From assembly GCA_028534125.1 (NCBI GenBank), contig CM052831.1, positions 26,970,001-27,034,000 on the forward strand: a stretch of DNA of 64,000 nt. Direction: 5' to 3'. The notes beneath the pieces are model-generated. The model saw nothing but the letters and a program-made list of their open reading frames with translations, was not told the origin of the DNA and ran no database searches. Shown here piece by piece: positions 36,201 through 48,870 of this stretch (positions within the stretch are counted from its first letter, which is position 1; each line of letters begins with the position of its first letter). Both the position numbers and the translations under genes were made by a program. The stretch is from Lama glama. Lineage: Eukaryota.

Positions 36201-37910
36201 CCTATTCAGGTCTCCCCTGCCTCTTTCCACCTTTTCCCCCCCGCTACTCTGGTCCTGGAAACAGAGGCTGAAATTGGAGTCTCTGGAGAGACAGAAAGCC
36301 ACCTTTAATTGTCACTGATAGGGTGGGTCCAGAAGCTTCAGAGAGGGAGCGGATACTGAGGCCCAGCCCCCTCCCTCATGTACCCCTAGGAGCTCCAGCA
36401 CACAGCCAGGCTGGCTCTTCGGGGTGCAGGAGGCAGGGGAGAGGCGGGGAGTTGAGCTGGGGGCTGGCTGTCTGCTGAAAGACATGTGGGGGCTGCTGTT
36501 TGCTATTCCTGGAAGGAGTCGACCGCTTGTAACATGCAGGACAGGCAGCCCTCAGAGAACCCACCGCTCCCACAGGGCAGCGCAGGTGAGCAGGGGAAAT
36601 TTACGGCCACCAGATGTGGCGCAGACCCCTGTTCCGACATTGCTCACATTCCAAGTATACGTATACTCCTGCCCAGGTACAGGGAAGCCCTATGCCTGCA
36701 CCATGAGCGTTAATAATTGGGGGAAAAGAGAGTAGATGGCCCTTGAGAGATGAGGTGGGGAAGGAGCCCCGGTCAGCTGGTGCGAGGCCTGGAGGTCAGC
36801 TCTTCCACGTGGTCTGACCCCTCAGGGGGCAAGTCACCGCCTGTCAGCCCCAGCACCCTTCTCTGGGAGGTGGTGGTCATGTCAGCCGGCTCCCCTGCCT
36901 GGCGCGCTGTCGGGAGTGTAAAAGCAGTAGTGGAGGGGGTGCCTGGTGCATCCACCTTTCATGTGCAGGAGAAGAAAGGCTTCGCGTTTGTTCACCCAGT
37001 ATGTGCAGATTCTGCATGCTTCAGGTAGCACCACACAGCACGTCTTCTGGCCTTTCCTGAAAGAGGGCCTTTATGGTACTGTGGTGTAAACGGTCTCATG
37101 CTTTCACTCCAGAAAGGTTGTGGCCTCTCTTCCTTCCCCTGGACCGGCCTCCTGCCTTCCAGGCACAAAGCCCTTGATACCAGTGGCATGGGGTCCTCCG
37201 GGATCCAGAGAGGCAGGTTCTCCTGGTTGGACCAAACCTTATGGCTTGTTTCTGACCCAGATGAGGAGAGCACTGATTCTCCCATCTCGGAGCAGTGGTG
37301 TCAAACTTCTGTTGCTGGGGAAACATCATTGGCAGAGAGCCTGTGGAAAAGTCCTGTCAGTAAATCTGGGAATGGCCGGATATGGAAACATCTGCCCGTG
37401 TGTACCAATGGCAGAGCTGGTGCCCACAAGCGTCTTTTATTTAAGGCAAAATTATCAAATCCATTCTGTTCCTCGACCCTGTTCTTGATACATATGACCG
37501 TCTTTAACCTTTCTATGGTGCTGGCATTGTTTCAGAAGCGTTATTTAATGAATTATTCATAGGATGTGACCCCCCTCCCCAGGATCCTATTTTGTTGAAT
37601 GGACTTCTCTATTAAGGGCATAAAAGATTGAGGCTTATTTAGCCAGGGAAAAACCATTTCCTTCGTGTATTCATTTTGAATGCTTGCTGTCCACGTTATA
37701 CAAGCTTCTTACTGTTTTCATGCAATAACAAAGATCTATTTTGAGTAAACAATGAGTGTGTTTTAACAAACTTTCACACAGCAGTAAAGCCTAAACTTGT
37801 GTTAATGTAGGTAAAGAATGTTGTATAGCCATTTATATACTATGTATATATAAATCAAATGAGGTGGCTTCAGAATGGGAAGAGAATAAATCTAAGGTGC
37901 TTATTAACTT
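33271..37910 (+). other. SEC22C: SEC22C long 3'UTR with alternative polyA signals
   Basis: Repeat-poor. AATAAA at 33604-33609, 34633-34638 and 37885-37890; the last is followed by a GU-rich tract. Confidence 0.65.
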
Positions 37911-38310
37911 GCGTGTTTGTACTTATACGTGAAAAAATTCTGAGTTATGGGTCCATTTTCCTAGATGGGGTGATGTGGGCCTGGCACAATGGAGGCGATT
38001 GTGTTAAGGGAAGTGAAATTCAGGTCCTCTTGTTCAGTGAAGTCTAGGCAGGTGCTAGGGCTCAAATAGTCTTCAGCATCAATCCCCAGACTCTGGAATG
38101 CAATCATGGGTCCAGGGAAGACCAAAATGGAATGTTGGAAAAACCAAAATGGCAATTGCAGTGCTGCCCTGGGGGCTGGGAGGACTGCCTTCTCTGCAGG
38201 CTCTGCTCCTGCCCGGCTGTGTGCCCCTGAGTAGGTATTTTCCCTGCTCCAGCCTCTGAGCTTCCGTCCGTACCCTGAAGGTGAGGTAAGTTTTTGTCTC
38301 TGTCAGAAAA

Positions 38311-38327
38311 TGGCCACCAGGGGGCGC
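38311..38327 (+). promoter_or_regulatory. CTCF consensus motif
   Basis: TGGCCACCAGGGGGCGC, essentially the exact consensus. Confidence 0.75.
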
Positions 38328-38979
38328 GTCGTCAGGTTCCCAGCCCAGGGACTGTGCTGTTTTGCCCGGTCGTTCCTAATAAAACTCCCAGAAAGGAAAT
38401 AAATGCACCAACCTCTGCTGACCGTGCTCTAACCACACATGGGGAAAGGCACACTCCAAGCATCTCTCCACTGTCTGTCCTGAATGAAGATCTTTTGGAT
38501 GAGGGCAAAGGCTTCCAAAATAAGTGTCTCAATTATTGAGTTCTGGGATTTGGGTGTTGGAAGAGCCTGTAGGTGCCATCTGATTCAAGTGGGGAAACTA
38601 AGGCCTATCCTAGGCAGCCAGGGACAGTGTAGCCCAGAGCTCCGTCCCCTGGGCTGAGAACAAGGTGCCATCTACCACTTGGCAGCACCCACGAAGAATA
38701 AAAAGGGATCTTGGCCCTTGAAGGGCACCCTTTCTGTGCCAGGAGGGCTGGGTGCCAGTTCAGGGTGATGAATTACCTGCCTTTTTCTCAGGCTCTACCC
38801 CATGTGGGGCCTGTAGGGCCAGGTAGCAGAAGTGCCTGGCTCGGGTAGCACCAGCAGAGGAGTGAAACTCAGAGAGGAAGGGGTCCCGCCTGAGTGCACC
38901 TGGCTCTGCTGAGTCAGCTCTAAGACATTGCTGGATCAGATGTGCAGAGTAAAAACTATGCAGTTCCTTGGAGAACATG

Positions 38980-40200
38980 AAGGAGAATGTCTGTGACCTG
39001 GGTTGGAAAAGTGCTTCTTAAACAAAAACATCACAGGCACAATCCTTAAGGCGAAATGATTGATGAATTTGATGCCGTACAAATAAGGATTTCATGGGCA
39101 AAGTTAAAAGAATGGAAGAAGACATTTACAACGTCTGAAACCAGTAAGGGATGAATATACAAGCAATTCCTTAAACCATCAAGAAAGACAGCAACTTCAG
39201 TAGGAAAACAAGCAGACAATTTGCAGACGAGAAACCTCAGAAAGCTAATAAGCATATGAAGATATTGAAAATCATTAGAAATACAGTGAAATACACATTA
39301 AAACAATAGTAAGGTATCACCTTACGCCTATTAGTTTGGCAAAACTTAGAAAGCTAAGTGGCACCAAGTACTGGAGACAGTGTTGGGGTAGAGGACTTCG
39401 TGCACAGCCCATCTGAAGAGCAGTGCTGCTGTTGTAGGCTGAACTGTGTCTTCCCCAGATTAATACGTTGAAGTCCTACCCTCTAGTACCTCAAAATGGG
39501 ACTGTATTTGGAGATAGGGTCTTTAAAGAGGTGATTAAGGTAAAAAATGAGAAGGTCATATGGATGGGCCCAAATCCGATATGACTGGTGTCCTTTTGAG
39601 AAGAGATTAGGACACAGAGGGGAAAGTGGCCATCTGCAAGCCAAGAAGAGAGGACTGAGAAGAAACCATCCCTACTGACATCTTGATCTCCAATTTCTAG
39701 CCTCCAGAGATGTGAGAAAATAAATTTGTTCTTTCATCCACTCAGACTGTGGTGCTTTGTCATGGCGGCCCTAGCAAACACAGCTGCCTGCCCAGATTCA
39801 GTGTGCACACACCTTATGACGTGGAAACTTCACTCCTGCTTAGATATTCCCTGGAAATTCTTACACAGATCCTTAAGGGGATATGTATGAAGAGAAGTGT
39901 TTACTGAAGCATTAATTGTGTTGGCAGAAAGCAGTCTGTGTGTCTACCATGGACAGATAAAGTGTGCAGGCTCACTGTGGAGCAGCAGGCAGGAGGCAGA
40001 AGTACCAGATTTAGATGTCACGGAGCAGCATGGATGGGTCTTCAAAACGTAGAACTGAGTGAAAAATAGCATTTATACGATCAGAAACATATGCGCACAA
40101 AATGATAAAATATCTTGTAAGCACATATTCCAAAAGATACTTGTTAAATTCATTTGAATGGTTGCCTACAAGGGGACAGGAGCTTGGGGATTAGGTATGG
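38980..40200 (+). mobile_element. Old L1ME-like 3' region interrupted by an MLT1 LTR
   Basis: A-rich ORF2-tail motifs (aagcatatgaagatattgaaaatcattag, attaaaacaatagtaaggtatcacc, gcagcatggatgggtcttcaaaac). Confidence 0.7.
39430..39782 (+). mobile_element. MLT1B-like MaLR solo LTR with 5-bp TSD
   Basis: TGTTGTAGGCTGAACTGTGTC...gccctagcaaacaCA, flanked by GCTGC at 39425-39429 and 39783-39787. Confidence 0.85.
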
Positions 40201-43200
40201 AGATAATACGGAATTTAAAAAAAAAGAAAAAGAAAAAGAGGGCTGGCTAGAGCCAGCAGCCAGTTCTGAGAGCCTTGGGAGAACCAGGGGGCCTGCATTG
40301 CCTCTGGAGATCTTTCCCTGCATGCCCAGCCCTGGCTGGACTTGAGGAGGCAGAGAGGGTCTGCCTCTGAGGGCCTCCAAAGCCACACCTACTGCCAGAG
40401 AGTCCAATGGGTGATGGGGTGAGGGGACTGAAGTCAAGGCCAGGGGCTGTAATGGGCAGGGGCTTCTGGGACCCATGGTGTGGGGAGGGGAGAAAGCAGG
40501 AAGGGGCTACAAGAGGGAATGCAGATGGGCGGGAGCTGGCTCTGGCCACTGGGGACTCTATCCTTCCCAGATTTAGGCCGTCTGACCAGTAGTTTCCTGG
40601 CGGAGATTCTTTCCCACGTGCAGCACTCAGCTGCAGGGCTCTCGGGGACAAAGAATACACAGCTGCAGGCGGACAGAGGTGCACCCAAGGCCAGGTCTTC
40701 CACCCCAGAAATAGCCTTCTGGCCACAGAGCCAGTTGTGTGCATCTGGGGAAGTGAAACTGGAGGGAGATGAGGCTGGGAGGCATGAAGGTGACTAGGAC
40801 CATTATTGCCCTGAGGGGTTGTTCCAGGCATATGTTCTGAAGCCCCAGGGGTGGGAACCAGGGCCAGAATGAGGATGGACTTTCTCACAGAGCTGTCCAG
40901 CAGGGCTGGGGGAGGCAGCGAGCGCTCCATCATGAAGGTATACAAGCAGAGATGAGATGTATCGGATGGGACCTTAGAGCATGCTGTCCCCATCTCAAAG
41001 ACATCGTCTCATCTGGGATGCTGGTGTCCGCGGGGACATCTGCCTATCTCCCAGAGTGCCTCCTGTGGTGTCCATCCCACGGGGTGAGCCAGACTCCAGT
41101 TGCAGGAAACAGCCTGTGCCAGCACCCATTTGAAGAGTAAATATTAGTCTTTTCAAGAGCTGCCTGTTCTCTGTCACTTGGCATAGAGGACACTGAGCCG
41201 GCGGTAGGGGGACCTCTTGGCCCCAAGCCCAGGAGTCTGTGGGCCCAGGTCACTGCTGCATCGTAGCCCCAGGGAACCACCCTCACCAAGTCCAGGCAGG
41301 CATCCTCTCCTGGTGACTTTGACAAGCAGTGGTCTCTGAAGCCCCTACCTAAGGGAGGTCTGGATGGCACAGAGGCCCCAAGCCCTAGGACGTGGTTCTC
41401 ACATACTGTCCACGCTGCTCCTGCAGAGGCAGGGGACTGGATGTTTTGACCTGGACCTCAAGGTCTCTGGGCCCCAGTTCTGACGTATATGGTTTAAAAT
41501 TCTCTGATTACCGGGAAAGGGGAATGACCTGTCCCTGCTCCACTGTCACCCCTTGGGGAGACATCCTCCAACCACCCCAACCAACAGAGCACCCCTTACC
41601 CTAGCCCGCCTTCCTGCCTTCTTTCTTCTATAATCTTACTCATTTATTATCAGTTTTTTCATTAGAGGATCAGCTCTGGGAGGGCAGGGCCTCTGCTGTG
41701 GTCACTGCTGCTTTGACCTGTGCACCCAGTCAGTTCTCAGTAACTATCTACTGAACGAATACAGTGACGTTAATACTTTGAAATTATTAAACTAAAGTAA
41801 TTCTCAGCCCCTAAACCCTGAAATTGGACTCTGAAGCCCCTCCACCATCACGACTGGGGAAGGGTGAGGACAGGTGAACCTGTTTTGGGGAGAAGGGAGG
41901 ATAGAGGCAGAGGGAGGAAAGCACTGCTCCCCCCCCCCAGTGGAGGAGTGGTGGAAAGAGGAGGAGACGCATCTCTTGGACATGGGTCCAGGTCTCATCC
42001 TCTGGGACGAAATCTTGAACAGAGACTGAAAGCTGAAGATGGAAGGGGCAGGTGTCCCACTCTGCATTGAAAGACAGCCCCCCTAGGCAGCCTGTGGGCC
42101 TCAGATGGCCCTGCTGGGTAAAAATGGTGGAGCTACACACTTGATGGCAAGAAGGTTGGAGTGTGCCGCTTCTGGCAAGCCTTCCTCAGCTCCCAGAGGC
42201 CTGGAAGTGTCCAGAAGTCCCTGTGTGCCCCATGGAGCATGGAGAATGTGGCTGAGTTGGGACTGGTGGGCCTGTATTGGCACTGCCATGGCCAGTGGTT
42301 TGGTGAGGGCAGCTCACCCCCAAGGCTGGATGGAGGCACGGCTGAGACTGGAGGAGTCAGAGTGAACCCAGGTGGAGCCCTGGCCAAGAGAACAGGCTAC
42401 GAGCTCATGAGCTGCGAGCACGCAGCCACCAAGATCCTAAAAGAAGAGACTAGCCTAGCTCTGTGCCAGGTTCCTCCTCTCTGCCTCCAGGAGGCCACCT
42501 GTACTGGACTGTCTGCCTTGGATCCTCTGCACCTACATTTGCCAGTTCCTGCAGGAATGACAGGACCGTTCCCCACCTCAGCTGTACCGCACAGCTCTCA
42601 CTTTCTACCCTAGTCCCTCTGGCGTCATGGTGTGTGATACCTGCTGGGACGCACTGACATGCAGGCCCATCACCCCTAGAAGTCTGAGGGCATTGCCATG
42701 GGCATACCTCGAGCCCCAGATGGTGGAGGCCAGTGGCTACTGCTCTCCTGTCCCTCAAGAGGACGATCCGGAGGTATGTTCTGCCCCCTCCTCGGTGAAC
42801 ATGAGTTCCTGTTGGCAGAGCAGTGACCAGCTCAGTAACTCACTTGGATTTTGGCTTTCTCTATTTCCCTGTGTCACATTTCTCTGTCCCTTCTTCCTGT
42901 TTCCTGGTGGCAGGCTCTGCTTTCTGGGGACTCAGGCTTCAAGGCCACCTGAACATCTGTGCTAAAATTGTCTATAGGAACTCGGCCTCCCTCTCCAGCC
43001 TCTTCATATGCCCCGTGCTGTGGGGGCTAGAAGACTAAAGATTACCTTTCCCAGACCCCCTTGCTGCCGGAGATCTGGGTGCAACTGAGAGGGAAGTGCT
43101 GCCGGTCAGAGCTGGGTGGTGGAAGGGAGATGGAGGCCACTCTTCCTGCAGTGCAGTGGCTGCTGCGTGGGGTCTGGCAGACGTGAGCTTTTGCAGCCAC

Positions 43201-43529
43201 AGGACATTGTGTTCTTTCCACTTCCTTGTCACCAGCTTAATGGCTGTGCAACTAGGACATTGGCAATAATTTCCTACAAGGTGGCAGCTAGGGTGGTGTG
43301 ACCATGAGGCTAGGTGTGCCCTAGCTTCTGTTTCTCCAAACCTTTATAGGTTTAATTTCCTATGTTCAGTCTCTTTCTACACAAAAGACCTAGAGTGTTT
43401 TCCGTTTCCTTCCCTAAACTATGACTGCACTATGACGACCAGACTCAGGTGGAGGAAATCTGAAAGGTCCAATACTTACCCAAAGAGCTGTCCAAAAGGA
43501 GACTAAGAGTCAGTCTCTTGGCTGCCTAC

Positions 43530-43920
43530 TCAACAGCTGTCCTCCCTTATCAGATGAATCCTTCTTCCTTATCAAAGCAACCTCCCTCTGGAAGCTTGGT
43601 TCTCTCTTGCAGCCAGGGCTTGGGTATGTGACCTAGTCCTGGCCAAGGAGCCTGAGGAAAGTGCACAGAAGGCGGGTTCTGGGATAGCTTATCTTCCTGA
43701 CAAAAGGAGACAGACAGGAAGCAATCTCCCCCCCTGCCAGAGAATAGGGTTCTGTGAGAACATGATGCCTGGGGCAGCAGCAACCATCTTGCAGTCAGGA
43801 GGGGATAAGTCTGCAGACAAAAGTCAACATACTGAGGATGGCAGAGGGGACAGGTAGAAACCATTTAGGTCTGTGTTGACATTGTTGAGCTGCTGAATTA
43901 ACCCTGGAGCTCCCTACTTC
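43530..43920 (+). mobile_element. Old MaLR (MLT1J/K-like) LTR fragment
   Basis: gtgacctagtcctggccaa, gcagcaaccatcttg, gacattgttgagctgctgaattaaccctgg. Confidence 0.6.
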
Positions 43921-44125
43921 TAGTGGGCATCACCATGGTAGGACCCCTTCCCTCTGGGGCACGTAGAGGCTGGTTCAGAGTCTTCAGAGTTTTTTCCATG
44001 CCAACGTCATGGGCTCAGAGATGCTAGGACCTCTGGGAGCTGGGCAGGGACTAGGGTGAGGCAAGTGAGGCATTGTCCTTGGATGCAAAATTTAAGGGGG
44101 TTGCAAAAAACTCAGTAGGTAATCA

Positions 44126-44243
44126 GGGAAAGGGTATATAGCTCAGTGGTAGAGCGCATGCTTAGCATGCACGAGGTCCTGGGTTCAGTCCCCAGTACCT
44201 CTGTTTAACAATAAATAAATAAACCTAATTATCCGCCCCCCCA
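44126..44243 (+). mobile_element. Camelid Vic-1-type tRNA(Ala)-derived SINE
   Basis: A box tagctcagtggtagag, B box gggttcagtccc, tail aaataaataaataaacctaatt...ccccc. 21-bp TSD aaaaaactcag(t/c)aggtaatca at 44105-44125 and 44244-44264. Confidence 0.88.
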
Positions 44244-44362
44244 AAAAAACTCAGCAGGTAATCAGGATAAAGAATATTTTAATGTAATATTGTAAAAAAG
44301 CAAACCTATTGTAAAAATACAAAATGAATAAAAAATACCTGGATTTCAAAATAAAGACAATA

Positions 44363-44506
44363 GGGAGAGTATAGCTCAGTGGTAGTGTGTGTGCTTAGCA
44401 TGCATGAGGTCCTGGATTCAATCCCCAGTACCTCCATTAAAATAAATAAACAAAACCTAATTTACCTGCCCCCAATAAAAATGATTTATTTATAAAAAAG
44501 ATATTT
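44363..44506 (+). mobile_element. Camelid Vic-1-type SINE
   Basis: gggagagtatagctcagtggtag...ggattcaatccccagtacctcc. TSD aaaataaagacaata / aaaatgaagacagta. Confidence 0.85.
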
Positions 44507-45883
44507 AAAATGAAGACAGTAAAGATTCAGGGTCACCAACTTGTTCTACTTTGCTGTTTACACACAGGGCACACCCATGACACCTATGACAGTTCATATA
44601 ATGAGGCAGGTTCTGGGACTGAGAACCGGATTCAAGGCTGGGCTATACCAATGACTTGCTGGCAATCCCAAGCAAGTTCCTTCTCTTCTCTGGACTTTAT
44701 TTGTCGTGCATGGGGGATGGGGCATTGCCAGGATGGCCTCCTGACTCATCCCCATGACTTCAGAGGTTACTCTCCCTCTTCCTGAAAGGCTGCGTCTCCA
44801 GGGCGGTCGACTCTTGGCTATTAATATCTCAGCCATCCCTGGCCTGATCAGGGTGTTTAATTACTGCCAGCTGTGGCTCTGGCCCCCTCCCCCAGGAGAG
44901 ATAAGAGCAGTTCCTGTTCCCACAAAGGCGGGGGTGGTGGTCAGGTCATTGCTCATTAAAACAGGCCCTGGGCAAGTGGTGGGAATGTAGGCACTGACAA
45001 CTCCTCACCCAACCTGGCCCCGCCTGCCAGCTGGAGATGCCAGGAGATACAGACTCCCTGGACACCCCAGAGGCGGCCCTGGTCTCCCTATCTCCTGCCA
45101 GCCCTGTCTCTTTAGGTCCTGATTCCAACAGCCTTAGGGCTTCTCCCCAGATGTCCTACAGACACTACCTTCAGCGTGTCCCTAACCAGGCCCTCCCTCA
45201 CCTGGATGATGGACTGGGAGCTTTCCCTTTGCCTTCTCCTGGGGCCCTTCTCAGCAGCCAAAGTGGCCTGTCTCAAACCCACCCTCATTCCCTTGGCCTC
45301 ATTTAACAAGTCCCCACTGGGTTCCTGCTGCCAAGGGCCCCCAGCATCTGCTGGCCCAGATTCAGGTGTCCCTGTTATCTCTCATGCCCCTTTGGGATAT
45401 GGAGACTTCTACCAAGTCCTCAGGGACAAGCCTTCACCCAGGAAGATGCACCTTATCCATTCTGCAGGCAGTCTGCTCACCTCAGAGTGGGAAGAATCAT
45501 CCACATGGTGGCTGGCATGGTGGGGGGCACCTTGTCTTCCCAGAGGGGAGGCCACCTGAGTTAACTGGGCTTTGCCCTCGGGACCTGGGGTCAGGCTTGG
45601 TCAAGGGCCAGGGCCTAGCCTGTGGGCAACCAGAGGTCTGGTTCTACCTGGGCCAAAGCTGGGGCTGGTGCAGGGATCACTGTGCCACAAGGACAGGAGC
45701 CTTGGTCTGAGGGCCAGGTTCTGTCTCCCTAATCCCAGGCTGTCTCTGGGGTCATCAGTCCTTTGTCCTCACCACCTCCTGGCCCTTGTATCTTGCTCTG
45801 AAATGGAGCTGAGGAGAGAGGCCTGCCCTCTGTGTCATCAGATGCTTGGGTCCCTAAGGCCAACCGTGGTGAAGTCCTTGAGG

Positions 45884-45901
45884 CAGCCACCAGGTGGCGA
45901 T
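45884..45901 (+). promoter_or_regulatory. CTCF-like motif
   Basis: CAGCCACCAGGTGGCGAT (core CCACCAGGTGGCG). Confidence 0.55.
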
Positions 45902-46861
45902 AGAGATGAGCTGGTCTTGTGGCACAGTGCCCTACAAGGCAGGAGAGGGAGCTGGAGAGAAGAGGGGGTGCAGGAGAAATTCAGCTCTTGGTCACTTCCA
46001 CTCTGCTCCCAACCTGCAGGCCTCGGACAGTGTCTCAGCTTCTCCCCATTCCTGAATGCCCTCCACTCTTCCTGAGGGGCTTTTCATCTCCTGCTACCTC
46101 CCAGACAGGGCCCCATTTCTGTCCTCCCTTCTTTTGTCCCTGTCTGGGTCTCTCTATGTTTTATTCACTTTCCACCCTCCTGGCTGATAACTTTGCTTCT
46201 CTCCCTAGACATAACTCACTAATGGTGGGATTTCAGGCACGGTGATGGATGGGCTGGGTCCAGGCAGGAAGTTTGCAGGGAGGGAAACCCAGGGAGGTCA
46301 GCTGGAGCAGTGGCTCTGAAGACTCTCTTGCTGACTAGCATCATCGTCTTCAGCCTCCAGCCTCAGTGTCTAAACCTGTTTACCAGCTGTATTGTCTCTG
46401 TTTTGGTGACATTAGTCTGTCCTCCATATACCTCCTCTTGGCTGAACCCTGGACGGTGGCACCCTGGTCATCTCACACCCCATGTGCTCCTTGGGTGTAG
46501 GTACCCACATGTAACCATTTCTGGGGTTGCACACAACTCTGTTGGCTGTTTTGTCTTGATCCAAGAATAGAAATGTCTCTTCTTGCTTGGATTTAGGGGG
46601 TAGGGAGACACCATGAGGACAGGGTATAACTTCACCACACTCAGAGGACAGAGGGTACCACTCAACAAGATGTGAGTTGAAAGCCCTTAGACCTGTGTTT
46701 TTCATATGGAAGCCAGAGGGGTGATGGTGTCTGGCTCCAGTGGTGTTTTGGACCAGTCTTCCTCAGAATAGGGGGAGATGGCTGCAAGCTGGAAGCTGGT
46801 TTCCATTTTAACCCACATGGGAACAGCAACCACTAGGAAAACCAGTCAGTCCAACCCAGTG

Positions 46862-46867
46862 TTTATT
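46862..46867 (-). terminator. VIPR1: Candidate VIPR1 polyadenylation signal AATAAA
   Basis: Plus-strand tttatt, ~1.2 kb after the stop codon. Confidence 0.75.
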
Positions 46868-48088
46868 GTTGCACAAGCCTGTTTGCAGTCCCGAGGGGAT
46901 CTTCTGGCTGGGGTGTGGGTAGGGAGCTGTGTGGCCACAAAGGTGCAGTCAGACACAGGACATGACCACCAGGCTCTTGTCCAGATGATGCATGGACCAG
47001 AGGACTCTTCTGCCACACTCCCGGGAGGGTGCGGTGGGGATGGGGTTGTGGGGGTGGTGGTAATAATATCAGTGGTAATACAAATAACCAAGAGGATCCA
47101 GCTTGTTACAGTATATGAAAGTAGTTAGAGACTGTGCTTTCACTTTCCCATCAGCAAGATCTGAGTTCAAATCCTGTCTGCGTGATAAGGTGAGGTACCT
47201 GCTCGCTGTGAGGCTCACTTTCCTGATCTGTGAAATAGGGACGGTAGTTCCTGCCTTGCTGGGTTGATATGAGGATTAAGGAGTCCATGAGTGCACACCT
47301 CTGAGCCTGCTTCTAATAGTTGGCACGTAGGTGGGCAGCCAAGGGCAGTTCCCACAGCCCAGAGAGATGGGTAGGGCTGGTGGCAGTCTCCTCAAATTGC
47401 TGCAGCCGTCCCGGGACCACTCCATTTCAGCAGGGACTGTGGAGATAGCTGCCCTCCTCTAACTAAAATTCCCTGTTACAACTGGGCCTGGCATCTGCCA
47501 GAGGCAGAAAAACTCTTTCATCTCGATTTGCTGGCTGCTGTGAGGAGGCATTCCAGGCAGAGACTGCATCTTTGGAGAGATGCCTGAATGATGATGCTTA
47601 ACCCAGAGGAACTTGGCAGCAATGGTAGAGCTTCAGGCACTGTCGAGGTGGTGGTGGCAGGTAACCGTTCCAGGCAAGACCTTTGTGCCCTCAGATCACA
47701 TCATGTTCCCACGTGCATTGTCTGGGGATGGGCGGTTGCCTTCCTCAGATGAATCATGAGCTACCAGGGGGTGGAGTCAGGTGAGGGTATGCAGATTTCT
47801 TGCCCTTGATTGGCAAAGGGGGCATTTAGCGGGTGGAATCTGAAGACTGAGCTCCACTCTGCGTCTTCCAGGTAGGAGCTCTCAGTGCTCCTTCACCTAT
47901 GCACCCTCCTTTCCCCAGGCTGGCACAAGGGCAGCGTTCTCCTGGGGAGTCTGGACAGTGATCTGGGGGCCTGGGCAGCCTCCGAGCCTGGAACTGACCT
48001 CGCCTGGTCAGGCCTTTGTCCCCGGTGCCGCGCGGGGTGTATGGGTGTGGGTGGGAAGGGCCGCCCTGGGCCCCTGGGCTCCTGGTGG

Positions 48089-48280
48089 TCAGACCAGGGA
48101 GACTTCGGCCTGGAAGCTGGAGGAGCGGCGCGCGCCAGGGCTGACACGGGTCAGCATAGAGACTTGCGTGCTGCACGTGGCCCCGTTGCTGCCTCCGGAT
48201 GGTTGCTGGTATTTGGGGTCCCAGCCCAGGACACCCTGCAGGTGCCAGCGCCGCCACTTCCGCCGCAGCTCTGCCTGCAC
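48089..48280 (-). CDS. VIPR1: VIP receptor 1 (VPAC1, class B GPCR), exon 13 (last)
   Basis: ctcccag|VQAELRRKWRRWHLQG...SSSFQAEVSLV*. Confidence 0.97.
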   Translation of the reverse strand: MQAELRRKWRRWHLQGVLGWDPKYQQPSGGSNGATCSTQVSMLTRVSPGARRSSSFQAEVSLV

Positions 48281-48740
48281 CTGGGAGAAGGGAGGGTGGT
48301 CAGACCCGCCCCTAGGAAGCCTGCACAGCTGATTGGGCTGCACCCCATTTAGGGTGGGAGCCAACCAGTCATGTCCTCTTGGAGAGTCTGTTTTGAGAGA
48401 TTGGATGCTACCTTGGCCTGTGCAGAGTTGGGACCTCCTAGAAGCCAGGTCAAATCAAGGGACTGGAGTTGGGGGAGGTGAGAGCCAGAGAGGATCAGCG
48501 AATGCTGTCCCGAGAGGGAGAGGAATGCTGCCTGGAGGTGGCTGTATCCCCATCTTCTCATCCCTGCCCTCTAGCTCACTTAAGCTCATCCGAGTAGATT
48601 TCTGTGTTTAGTAAGCAGGGCTCCACCATGACTCAACCTCCACTTGCTGCCTCCACCCATCCCCACTCACTCTGCACACAGCCCCCTCACACAGCACTTC
48701 TCAAACTCTGATGTGCACATGAATCCCCTGAAGTTTTCTT

Positions 48741-48870
48741 GTTTGTTTGTTTGTTTGTTGGGGGTGGGGGGTTAGGTTTATTTATTTAACTTTAATTGAG
48801 GTACTGGAGATTGAACCCAGGACCTCAAGCACACTAGGCATGCACTCTACCTCTGGGCTGTACCCTCCTT
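48741..48870 (-). mobile_element. Vic-1-type SINE inserted in a MER5-like MITE (~48690-49000)
   Basis: Reverse SINE body with an (AAAC)n tail. TSD ccctga(a/g)gttttctt at 48726-48740 and 48871-48885. Confidence 0.8.

Larger units (their letters stand above)
44040..44560 (+). mobile_element. MER96-like hAT MITE hosting two SINE insertions
   Basis: ggactagggtgaggcaagtgaggca...gcaaaatttaaggggg...aaaaaactcag; continues after each SINE. Confidence 0.55.

Noticed and set aside
36604-36622. CTCF-like CCACCAGATGTGGCGC
   Set aside because: A two-base insertion breaks the core spacing.
40247-40993. 248-aa minus-strand ORF
   Set aside because: No domain similarity, GC-rich intergenic sequence, competing ORFs in other frames.
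44126-44210. Apparent tRNA-Ala gene
   Set aside because: SINE head: has a SINE tail and TSD, lacks a proper acceptor stem and T-run terminator.
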